A stretch of 64,000 nt of DNA from Minisyncoccota bacterium. GTDB taxonomy: Bacteria; Patescibacteriota; Minisyncoccia; Phycocordibacterales; Zambryskibacteraceae. Positions 56,815 to 64,000 of this stretch are shown here, piece by piece (positions within the stretch are counted from its first letter, which is position 1; the number at the start of each line of letters is the position of its first letter). The notes under the pieces are model-generated. The model did not search any database. It saw nothing but the letters and a program-made list of their open reading frames with translations, and was not told the DNA's origin. The DNA lies in assembly GCA_036517475.1 (NCBI GenBank), contig DATDVZ010000006.1, forward strand, positions 8,226-72,225. Reading direction: 5' to 3'. A program made the position numbers and the translations under genes.

Positions 56815-57702
56815 TTAGAGATTCTTTTCAGCTTCAATAAATTCATCTATATCACCATTCAAAACTGCGTCAATATTTGAAGTCTCCATCCCCGTTCTGT
56901 GATCTTTAACCATTTTGTAAGGGTGCATAACGTAAGAGCGAATCTGATTCCCCCACTCAATCTGGGTTGTTTTTGAAATATACATGCCTTTTTCCTTAGC
57001 AATTCTTTCCTCCTCCGTTTTTTTATACAACTTTGCCTGCAGAATCTGCAAAGCTTTCTCCCGATTTTGAGCCTGGCTACGCTGCGACTCCACATGCACG
57101 GCAATGTTTGTCGGAATATGGATCAATCTCACTGCAGTCTCCCGTTTATTGACATTTTGCCCTCCCGGTCCGCTTGAGCGAGCAAATTCAACTTTCAGAT
57201 CATCTTCAGGAATAATCATTTCTTCTTTTTTTTCAAATTTAGGAATAACTTCTACCATGGAAAATGATGTGTGCCGTTTTTTATTTGCATTAAAAGGAGA
57301 AATTCTGACTAAGCGATGTACTCCAGATTCATTTTTCAAGGTCCCATAAACATTTTTTCCTTTAATTTCAATAGTCAGATTTCTGTAACCACCCTGATCA
57401 TTTTTATTTTCATGCAAGAAGGTTACGTCCCAGCCAATTTTGTTAAAGAATTTCAAATACATATTGAGTAAAATTGCAGAAAAATCTTCAGCATCGTCCC
57501 CTCCTGCACCGGAAAAAATTGTCATTATTGCATCTCCTTTATCATATTTGCCTACGCCCGCTCCGCCAGCTGGCGGACTCATCTTTAATTCCTTAATTTC
57601 TTTAATTATTCTGTGCGCCTTTTCCTTGTTAGTCCAAAAATCGGCTTCACCCATTTGAAGCTCTAACTCCTCTAGTTTCTTTTTTTTCTCTTCAATATTC
57701 AT
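56815..57702 (-). CDS. prfB: Peptide chain release factor 2, apparently without a programmed frameshift and with a short N-terminus
   Basis: SPF tripeptide (RISPFNANK) and the GGQ motif (SGPGGQNVNK). 295 aa. No upstream ORF0 ending in CUU-UGA was found in the 48 nt before the start. Confidence 0.8.
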   Translation of the reverse strand: MNIEEKKKKLEELELQMGEADFWTNKEKAHRIIKEIKELKMSPPAGGAGVGKYDKGDAIMTIFSGAGGDDAEDFSAILLNMYLKFFNKIGWDVTFLHENKNDQGGYRNLTIEIKGKNVYGTLKNESGVHRLVRISPFNANKKRHTSFSMVEVIPKFEKKEEMIIPEDDLKVEFARSSGPGGQNVNKRETAVRLIHIPTNIAVHVESQRSQAQNREKALQILQAKLYKKTEEERIAKEKGMYISKTTQIEWGNQIRSYVMHPYKMVKDHRTGMETSNIDAVLNGDIDEFIEAEKNL

Positions 57703-57750
57703 TAATTGATTATAACAATAAGGATTTCAGTGTGCCTAAGTTTAGATTGC

Positions 57751-59076
57751 TTACTTATGAAAATACTTCACGATGCCATGAGATAAGGAGAAAGCAATCG
57801 GCTTTGAGATAAATTTTTGAAGTACACCGCTTATTGGATACTTTCGATGGCGGTCAAATAAATTTCCTCCGAGGTTAATATCACTCTCCACTGCCTCAGC
57901 TATGAGATTTCCCAGGGCCGCTGCCCAAGGGAGCCCAGCTGAACCGGCTATGTAATAAGCGTTATTATATTGGCGATCACGGCCAGCAACCGGCAAAAAA
58001 TCTTTTGTGACGCCGATAAGACCTGACCAAATATATTCAAAATCAATTGTAATTCCAAGTTTTTTCTGTATATATTTCCTGAAATTCCTCAAAATCATTG
58101 GCGAATTTTGTCTTTCAAATGGTATATAGGTATACAAGAGACTTCCTCCGCCAAAAAGAAGTCGATCATCGCCTGTTAAGCGGTAGTATTTATAAATAAG
58201 ATCACTATCCCACACCATGAGTCGCTCTTTCGGAAAAATTGATTTTATTTTCTCGAGAGAAAGTGGAGATGAGACAGTAAGAAAGGTTTGCGCGCTGTAT
58301 ATTTCTTTTTTCAGTACACCCAAGCTCGGTGAAAAACGATCAAGACAGATGATGATTTTCTTTGCATATACAAAATTGTACCTCGTTTTTACCCCTTCGT
58401 TAGTCAAAGAGACAGCTTCTGTATCTTCATATAAATGGACTCCTTGTTTTTCTAAAATTTCTTTAAGTTTTTGGCAGTAAAGATAAGCGTTTATCCCAAA
58501 TGTCCCTCCATATTTTACCCCACCCTCATAATCTTGTGAGTTAATTAGGGTTTCAAGGTTTTCTTTCTCAGAAAGTGTGCTTTCATAACCAGATGATTGA
58601 CGACTATTATGTTCAGAGATTATTTTTTTAAAAGCCTGCTTAGTATTTGCGACAAAAAATGAATCTTGGATCTGGTAATCGCAGTCAATTTTATTATCAA
58701 GAATAGTTTTTCTAATGTGCTCAACCCCGCTTGTGACAAAATCCCACAATTCTTTTGCCCCTTTTGCGCCGAAACGTCTGATAAGATGCGAAAGTTCAAG
58801 TTCTGAATCTGGAGTTATGAAACCAGATGATTTTCCGCTCGCGCCAGATCCGCAAAAATCTTTTTCCAGTAGAACAATTCTATATCCTCTCCCAGATAAA
58901 GATTGAGCACAGGTAAGTCCGGCCATGCCACCACCAATTATTGCAATATCCGCCGATAAATCAGATGTAAGTTTTTTAATATTTGGCTTTTTTAGCGTGT
59001 ACCAATAGACTTCATTTTTATGATTCATTGAGCCGATTATATCAAAAAGATTATTTTTAATGCGAAACCCCAACAT
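57751..59076 (-). CDS. FAD-dependent oxidoreductase (DAO/glycine-oxidase-like family)
   Basis: DIAIIGGGMAGLTCA dinucleotide-binding motif. The start was taken at MLGFRIK because the longer track ORF (to 59157) runs into a terminator palindrome. Confidence 0.65.
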   Translation of the reverse strand: MLGFRIKNNLFDIIGSMNHKNEVYWYTLKKPNIKKLTSDLSADIAIIGGGMAGLTCAQSLSGRGYRIVLLEKDFCGSGASGKSSGFITPDSELELSHLIRRFGAKGAKELWDFVTSGVEHIRKTILDNKIDCDYQIQDSFFVANTKQAFKKIISEHNSRQSSGYESTLSEKENLETLINSQDYEGGVKYGGTFGINAYLYCQKLKEILEKQGVHLYEDTEAVSLTNEGVKTRYNFVYAKKIIICLDRFSPSLGVLKKEIYSAQTFLTVSSPLSLEKIKSIFPKERLMVWDSDLIYKYYRLTGDDRLLFGGGSLLYTYIPFERQNSPMILRNFRKYIQKKLGITIDFEYIWSGLIGVTKDFLPVAGRDRQYNNAYYIAGSAGLPWAAALGNLIAEAVESDINLGGNLFDRHRKYPISGVLQKFISKPIAFSLSHGIVKYFHK

Positions 59077-59118
59077 GTCAACCTGAGAGGTTGGTGAATC
59101 TGAGTATAAAATTGCGCA

Positions 59119-59155
59119 CAAAATAGAATGGGCGTCCCGACAAGTCGGGACGCCC
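59119..59155 (-). terminator. Strong intrinsic terminator ending the GC-rich non-coding region
   Basis: Minus strand: 12-bp stem GGGCGUCCCGAC/GUCGGGACGCCC followed by AUUCUAUUUUGUG. Confidence 0.6.
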
Positions 59156-59470
59156 AAACGGCCATTAACGATTGGCTTTATCTCGGGTATCTAATCCGAG
59201 ATCCGGAGGCGCTTCTCCGGAAAAGTCCCAATCATGACCGTAGTTGCTACGCGCGTCTAAGCTGGTGCCTAAGGGCAAACTCAACTTGGGGAACCAGTCC
59301 CCGCGACGTTGTATTTGCGGCGCAACCATTCCGCATTCGCGGCGTTGAATCTTTCGATCCTAGCCGCTCTGACCGGCAAAGCAGAGCATTGTGCCGTCGT
59401 CGCCATGGTGTGGCCATCACCCCACCATCTAGCTGCTGGCTGTTTCTTGAAAACTTGAAAAGATGATGCT
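59156..59470 (-). ncRNA. Unclassified GC-rich structured non-coding region of about 315 nt (candidate ncRNA or leader), terminated by the 59119-59155 hairpin
   Basis: No credible ORF; the track ORF 59128-59466 is a palindrome artefact. GC far above background. The minus strand contains GGATTAGATACCC, identical to the universal 16S rRNA 785-797 segment, with weaker flanking 16S-like matches, but the flanks do not continue as 16S. Confidence 0.3.
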
Positions 59471-59509
59471 CTTGCCGGTATGTTTATTTTATATAAATTA
59501 AAAATGAAA

Positions 59510-60400
59510 TCAAATTTGGGTTTTTTTCTTTAAAATAGTAACCCAATCATTTTCTTTCCCCTCTGTCCCCGTAAATTCTATTTTATTTATAAAAAATAAT
59601 CCCATCTCCTTGATTTTATCAATATTTTCTTGTCTGGAAGCTGGTGGTAAAACACCGTCTTGATAAATAGCAGGAGTATAAGAATAGAAAAAAATAATTC
59701 CCTCTTTAATTATTGCTCTCTCGAAAGATTGCAGAAGTTGAAGAAAAATCGTTATCCTTCTTTCATTTCGTCCAACAAAATAATTCGGTATGTTTGAAAG
59801 ATTTATTATGTCGTAAGTATTTGGTTGAAGATTTACAGCGATATTGACAATATCTCCAATCATAAACTCCGGTTCTGCTTTTAACATTATCTTTTTCATT
59901 TTTTTGTAGGAAGTTTCGTCTTCCAAGTAAGCATTTATTTTAAAAGGTGAGCAAGAAATAAAAGTACGGTTCCTAAAATATTCCAACTTTAAGGGGTTCC
60001 TACTCCCCGCCTCAGTATAAATCTGATTAAAAAACTTTGCGGTTTCGACTTGTAAATAGGGTTCAATCTTATCGTAAATGTTTTTATCAAGACTTCCATC
60101 GCTAAACGTTTTTCCGAAGAAAGAGAGAAATTCTTGGTATGTTAAATGTTTTATTGCGCAAAATTTTAGATCAACAAATAATAATGATCGCTGATTTATG
60201 TCAAAACCTGTTACCTTCTTTGCACCAAAAAAATATGCGTTGAGAATTTGGTCACCGGAACCAATAATTGTTAGAACTGTTTTTCCCTTTATGTCCAGTT
60301 TCGAATAATAGCTTGCAACCATTTCGGTTGCATAGATATATATCTTTGACTCAGAGGTCATCGAGTTTCTACCGTCCGCTTCAATAATATCTATAAACAT
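59510..60400 (-). CDS. Class I SAM-dependent methyltransferase-like protein (BtaA/DUF3419-like); paralog of 41903-42739
   Basis: VLTIIGSGDQILNAYFFGAKKVTGFDIN (motifs I and II). The start was taken at MFIDII (60400) because the track ORF start overlaps the tRNA-Thr. Confidence 0.45.
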   Translation of the reverse strand: MFIDIIEADGRNSMTSESKIYIYATEMVASYYSKLDIKGKTVLTIIGSGDQILNAYFFGAKKVTGFDINQRSLLFVDLKFCAIKHLTYQEFLSFFGKTFSDGSLDKNIYDKIEPYLQVETAKFFNQIYTEAGSRNPLKLEYFRNRTFISCSPFKINAYLEDETSYKKMKKIMLKAEPEFMIGDIVNIAVNLQPNTYDIINLSNIPNYFVGRNERRITIFLQLLQSFERAIIKEGIIFFYSYTPAIYQDGVLPPASRQENIDKIKEMGLFFINKIEFTGTEGKENDWVTILKKKTQI

Positions 60401-60410
60401 TTTGGAGCCA

Positions 60411-60486
60411 CCTCGCAGAATCGAACTGCGGACCCCATCTTTACGAAAGATGTGCTCTACCAACTGAGCTAAGGTGGCTTTGAGAT
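60411..60486 (-). tRNA. tRNA-Thr (anticodon CGU) with encoded CCA
   Basis: Manually folded. Acceptor GCCACCU/AGGUGGC, D arm GCUC-AGUUGGUAGAGC, anticodon stem CAUCU/AGAUG with loop UUCGUAA, T arm CGCAG-UUCGAUU-CUGCG, discriminator U, CCA. Confidence 0.8.
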
Positions 60487-60498
60487 AATTTTATCAAA

Positions 60499-61182
60499 TT
60501 AGGCGGCTTGCTTGAGATTGAGATTAAACCACCAAACACCGGCAAGTGCCAGCACAAACGTGACTAAGCCGACAAGCAAGAGCCCAAGGGAACCAGAAGA
60601 AACCACAAGATAACCAAAAAGAATCATTAAAGCTGAGGGAATTAAATGAATACTATTGTGCACAAGAATGAAAAACCAGACGGAAATTTTTGTAAAACCA
60701 GAAGCGTATGCGAAGAGCTCGGGAAATCCTGTAAAAAATATTCTTGTTTTGAAAAAAGTTTTTTTATCACTGCCCTTTTCAATAATTTTTTGCACTGTTG
60801 GAATATATTTTCTCGGAACAAAAAAGTTCAAAACCTTAATTCCAAATATTCTGCTTAAATAAAAACATGTAACTGATCCTAAAATATCTCCTATCAATGT
60901 AATAACGAGTGCCTTCCAAAATCCGAATACTGCTCCGGCAACAACATAAATAGGCCCGCCACCGAGAGGTACGATAATAAGAGTTGTTGCTTTGAGAAGT
61001 ATTATTATAAGAGGCCCAATGATCCCCGCTGCCTCCACAGTGCTCCTTAAATCATCTACGCCGATTTTAACAGTCACCCAGTAGGCAATAGCAATAGTCA
61101 CAAAAATAAAAAACAAATTCCTAAGAACCTGCCCCCATTCTGGTTTGGAGTCTAAGTCTGCAATTATTGTTTTATTTTCCAT
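60499..61182 (-). CDS. TVP38/TMEM64 (DedA-related) family membrane protein
   Basis: 227 aa, multi-TM with the conserved G-rich re-entrant motif (VPLGGGPIYVVAGAVFG). Confidence 0.65.
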   Translation of the reverse strand: MENKTIIADLDSKPEWGQVLRNLFFIFVTIAIAYWVTVKIGVDDLRSTVEAAGIIGPLIIILLKATTLIIVPLGGGPIYVVAGAVFGFWKALVITLIGDILGSVTCFYLSRIFGIKVLNFFVPRKYIPTVQKIIEKGSDKKTFFKTRIFFTGFPELFAYASGFTKISVWFFILVHNSIHLIPSALMILFGYLVVSSGSLGLLLVGLVTFVLALAGVWWFNLNLKQAA

Positions 61183-61242
61183 AAAACTTTTTGTACGAAG
61201 CTGAGCAAGTCAATGTTTTTGGCGTGATATTAACCCCGTTAG

Positions 61243-61315
61243 AGCCGATAATCAGATTTGCACTGATGACCTCATTCTTACCATGAATGTGCTCTACTAC
61301 CTGAGCTATATCGGC
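61243..61315 (-). tRNA. tRNA-Thr (anticodon GGU), CCA not encoded
   Basis: Manually folded. Acceptor GCCGAUA/UAUCGGC, D arm GCUC-AGGUAGUA-GAGC, anticodon stem CAUUC/GAAUG with loop AUGGUAA, T arm AUCAG-UGCAAAU-CUGAU, discriminator U. Confidence 0.7.
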
Positions 61316-61372
61316 TCTAATGGGGCCAACTGAACTATCCTGGCGTGCTCTACTAACTAAGCTACATTGGCA
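61316..61372 (-). pseudogene. tRNA 5'-half pseudogene (duplicated acceptor plus D-arm of the adjacent tRNA-Thr, no intact anticodon arm)
   Basis: GCCAAUGUAGCUUAGUUAGUAGAGCACGCC parallels GCCGAUAUAGCUCAGGUAGUAGAGCACAUUC of the downstream tRNA, but the remainder cannot be folded into a cloverleaf. Confidence 0.45.
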
Positions 61373-61533
61373 CAGCGAAATGATATTACATGGGCTCGAA
61401 ATTTTCAATTTGGCCCACAAGAATGTTTCTTAATTTTGTATTACAAAAGTGAACAATTAAAACTCCATATTTTTGATTTTTCTCTATATGTACCCAAAGA
61501 ATTAGAAGGAGTTATTGTTGCTTGAAATTAACT

Positions 61534-63747
61534 TTAAACTTTTCTGTAGCTTCTTCCCTTTCTTTTTTCAGCTAATGAATTAGCGAAAGATTCATTGAGC
61601 AATTCTTTGGTCCGGCCCTCAAGAATTTCTACATAGTCTAAGTTGGGAGCTGTTTTCTTTGCCTCAATCAAACTAAGAAGTGAGCGTGCATGGAGTCTTG
61701 CCCATTTAATCTGTTCTGGATTGTTTTCATAATCCAGACCTTCATTTATCGTTTCTTTGCTCCATCCTGCCTCTTGTCTGCCAATTAAGTCATGATCCCT
61801 CCATACCGAAAGTAGTGTGTAAGTTAAATAATCCTCGCGTTTTTTTGCTGGATTATCTCCCCCAAAATCATCATAACGTGCAATTATTCCGTCACAAATA
61901 GCCCTGTAATCCAGGCCTTTTCTTACAGCATCTTCATCATCAAAGAAAACCCAGAGGTCATTGGCATTAGCTTCAATCTGATTTTTTCTGAATTCTTCGC
62001 TATCCTCATCCCAAGTAAGCGTCTCTTCGACAAGCAGAGGTATTTTATCAGTTTCAATTACTTTAACGTTTATTTCTTCGGGTTCTTCAATTTTCTCAGG
62101 TTCTTCAATTACCTCCTCAATCTTTGGTGGTTTAATAGGAGTTCTAATTGGAGTAACAATAATGGGTTTAGGAGTTCTAATTGGAGAAAAAATTATCGGT
62201 TTAATCGGCTCAGGTTCCTTCGGAGTATCTCCTTTTCTTTTTTTAAGCCATGAAGGAATCCTCAATCTGGAAAGCGCGGGAAGCAATAGAAGAAAAAGGG
62301 GAATCGGAATTGCATAACGCGATGCGGACTCATTTTCATATTCAATTTCAAATGTCACTCTGCGCTTTGAACCGATTATTTCATCAAGTTTTGATTTAAC
62401 GGCAGCATCTTCAATTTTTCCGGCATTGTATTTTTTAACTAAATTAAGTATTTTTTCGTCATCTGCCGCACCTTCCTCATTCTGCGAAAGCCCCGATAAC
62501 TCAACCATTTCTTGATCGCTAAACTGATCTTCAACTGAACTCACAGCAACCAGTCTGTCAAATTCCTCATTGCTTACGCCTTTTTCTATGAGTATTTCTT
62601 TCAAGACATCCATTCCGCCGGAAGCTCTCGCCGCCGCAAGTTTTATATTTTCTGCGTCAACCACTCCCTGCCGTATCGTTACAGCCCCACTGGAATCCCT
62701 TCCTTCAGGTGAGGCATGGCCAGTAATTCTTATACTTTTTATCTTAAACTCATGCTCTTCCTCCGGGCCATGAATTCCGCGAACTCTCCTTTCAGCAATT
62801 CCTTCTTCACCCCAAAAGTTGCTGCTTAATCCACTGATCTGATCAACAAGCCGCCTTGAAAGATCATTCTTTACCGCCTCCTCCATTTTCTCGTAGTCTC
62901 CGGGATTTAGATTTTTTCTTGCTTCCGGACTTAAATCAAATTGTCTGGCGTATTCATATGGTATATCTGTGCTAGCAACCCCCTCTTCTGTTGTAAATCT
63001 TGTTACTTCAAAGCTGACGGGGAAAAGGGCGGCTTGCGGACTAATTTTAACTATTTCTTTACTGTCGGGATCTTTCTCCAGCATCGCATTAAAATGAAAC
63101 GCCCAGTTGGTAACATTAAAGGGTGATGTCTTTTTTTGCTCAAGACTACTTCCCATTCTTGCTGGAATATCTTCAGTTGTTGCTGTAACTTGCGCTTTCT
63201 CCACGCTAGATTGCGCTTGAACGGGTTTTGAACCCGAAAGACCTCCGAGTAGTGCCATTGCAATTACCGCTGCCTGACGCAATTTTCTGCTTGCTTTCTG
63301 TCTTAATTCAAGTACTGGAGAATGGCCTAATTTATCCAGATAAGCAACCAGTGCTCTGGGTGGGTTTCGTCTTACTAATTCATGCGTCTCATCTATTACA
63401 TCATCGGCGGCTTCCGCTCTCATTTGTGCCTGTAGCTCACTTAAAACAGGCTCGTCTTCTTTTGGCATCGCACTAAGTTGCGCAAGAAACATTGCTTTTT
63501 GCTTTTCAACTTCATAAATCTCCGCTTCAAGCTCAGCAACTCTTTTCTCATCTTCCTTTATTTCCGCATCTTTGATTTGCCCCAATAATTCTTTCCATGT
63601 GGTGTTGTATCCGTCTATAACCCTAGATGTTTCCTCATCTCCCGAAGCGCCTGCAAGAACTTCCACAAATTTTGAATTTATGTCTCTATCCAATTGTTCT
63701 TGAGGATGCTGTGCGGCCACACCAGATTCAAAAGACTCTTTTGACAT
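61534..63747 (-). CDS. Large hypothetical protein (737 aa) with a central TM helix and Pro/Ile/Lys/Glu-rich repeats
   Basis: Long uninterrupted ORF, coiled-coil-like N-terminus, TM segment (IPIPLFLLLLPAL), repeats PIIFSPIRTPKPIIVTPIRTPIKPP. No family assignment. Confidence 0.55.
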   Translation of the reverse strand: MSKESFESGVAAQHPQEQLDRDINSKFVEVLAGASGDEETSRVIDGYNTTWKELLGQIKDAEIKEDEKRVAELEAEIYEVEKQKAMFLAQLSAMPKEDEPVLSELQAQMRAEAADDVIDETHELVRRNPPRALVAYLDKLGHSPVLELRQKASRKLRQAAVIAMALLGGLSGSKPVQAQSSVEKAQVTATTEDIPARMGSSLEQKKTSPFNVTNWAFHFNAMLEKDPDSKEIVKISPQAALFPVSFEVTRFTTEEGVASTDIPYEYARQFDLSPEARKNLNPGDYEKMEEAVKNDLSRRLVDQISGLSSNFWGEEGIAERRVRGIHGPEEEHEFKIKSIRITGHASPEGRDSSGAVTIRQGVVDAENIKLAAARASGGMDVLKEILIEKGVSNEEFDRLVAVSSVEDQFSDQEMVELSGLSQNEEGAADDEKILNLVKKYNAGKIEDAAVKSKLDEIIGSKRRVTFEIEYENESASRYAIPIPLFLLLLPALSRLRIPSWLKKRKGDTPKEPEPIKPIIFSPIRTPKPIIVTPIRTPIKPPKIEEVIEEPEKIEEPEEINVKVIETDKIPLLVEETLTWDEDSEEFRKNQIEANANDLWVFFDDEDAVRKGLDYRAICDGIIARYDDFGGDNPAKKREDYLTYTLLSVWRDHDLIGRQEAGWSKETINEGLDYENNPEQIKWARLHARSLLSLIEAKKTAPNLDYVEILEGRTKELLNESFANSLAEKRKGRSYRKV

Positions 63748-63885
63748 TGTAGTTTATATTAATTTTAAGTATAAATTCATACTATACCTAAAAAAAATTT
63801 TTGCAAAAAAAATCCCGTTTCAAAAACTGAAGTGGGATGTGAAGTATATACTGTGCGCAACCACAGTTGCGCACAGTATATTTCC

Positions 63886-64000
63886 TAGAGATTACTAATT
63901 ACAGCATTAGTAAACTCTTTTGTTGAAAGAAAATCCTTTGAAACAACATCACGAGTGAATTTGCCGTCAGTTAAAGTAAGGTCAACCGCATTTCTTATTC
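63886..64000 (-). CDS. C-terminal end of a gene extending past the window end (product unknown)
   Basis: Stop-free minus-strand frame ending ...KFTRDVVSKDFLSTKEFTNAVISNL, stop at 63886. Confidence 0.3.

Noticed and set aside
57703-57750. Programmed +1 frameshift site upstream of prfB
   Set aside because: The 48-nt spacer carries in-frame stop codons and no CUU-UGA motif or upstream SD.
59128-59466. 112-aa plus-strand ORF, and the MGVPT N-terminal extension of the oxidoreductase ORF
   Set aside because: Both begin inside the 12-bp GC palindrome at 59130-59155, which explains the identical MGVPT start on both strands. The region is better explained as a terminator plus structured non-coding RNA.
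59156-59470. 16S rRNA gene fragment, tmRNA or RNase P RNA
   Set aside because: Only a 13-nt exact 16S match with weak neighbours. The universally conserved adjacent TGGTAGTCC segment is absent. I found no tRNA-like acceptor/T-arm (tmRNA) and no P4 motifs GGAAAGUCCGG/ACAGAACCCGGCUUA (RNase P) on either strand.

Overview
This window looks like an AT-rich bacterial chromosomal segment. Gene content and style (split transketolase, many small hypothetical genes, short intergenic regions, weak Shine-Dalgarno sites) suggest a small-genome, possibly Patescibacteria-like lineage; that is inference only. TGA is used as a stop codon and a release factor 2 gene is present, so the genetic code is standard.

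Housekeeping genes dominate and most lie on the minus strand: a pentose-phosphate/glycolysis cluster (gap, rpiB, rpe, split transketolase), class Ia ribonucleotide reductase nrdAB, msrB, pyrE and pyrF, an ABC exporter, htpX and lemA, groES and groEL, RNase J, a P-type ATPase, deoD, pcm, pyrG, ftsEX and prfB. I call four tRNAs: Ser(GGA), Gln(CUG), Thr(CGU) and Thr(GGU), plus a 5'-half pseudo-tRNA.

The most unusual features are:
1. A roughly 125-nt long-hairpin element present three times (about 16.2, 33.4 and 51.4 kb). In every copy the 3' arm ends exactly on, and base-pairs with, the start codon of an unrelated gene. Copy 3 carries compensatory arm changes and a G-U wobble.
2. A cluster at 20.2-27.3 kb of nucleotide-signalling-type genes: a DHH phosphoesterase with a duplicated novel domain, a DUF294 nucleotidyltransferase in an operon with a dTMP-kinase-like P-loop kinase, an HD hydrolase and a GGDEF cyclase. 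Next to it sits a solo Cas2/VapD-like gene bracketed by two identical 22-bp perfect palindromes, with iterons in its promoter.
3. Att-like direct repeats of the tRNA-Ser 3' end flanking the 942-aa DHH gene.
4. Compositionally atypical higher-GC patches: a single roughly 65% GC gene between groES and secG, and a 40.9-46.3 kb island around tRNA-Gln that carries a second, one-piece transketolase.
5. Three GC-rich, highly structured non-coding regions that are candidate ncRNAs or leaders (13.25-13.46 kb, 56.62-56.79 kb, 59.13-59.47 kb).

I found no CRISPR array, no integrase and no transposase.
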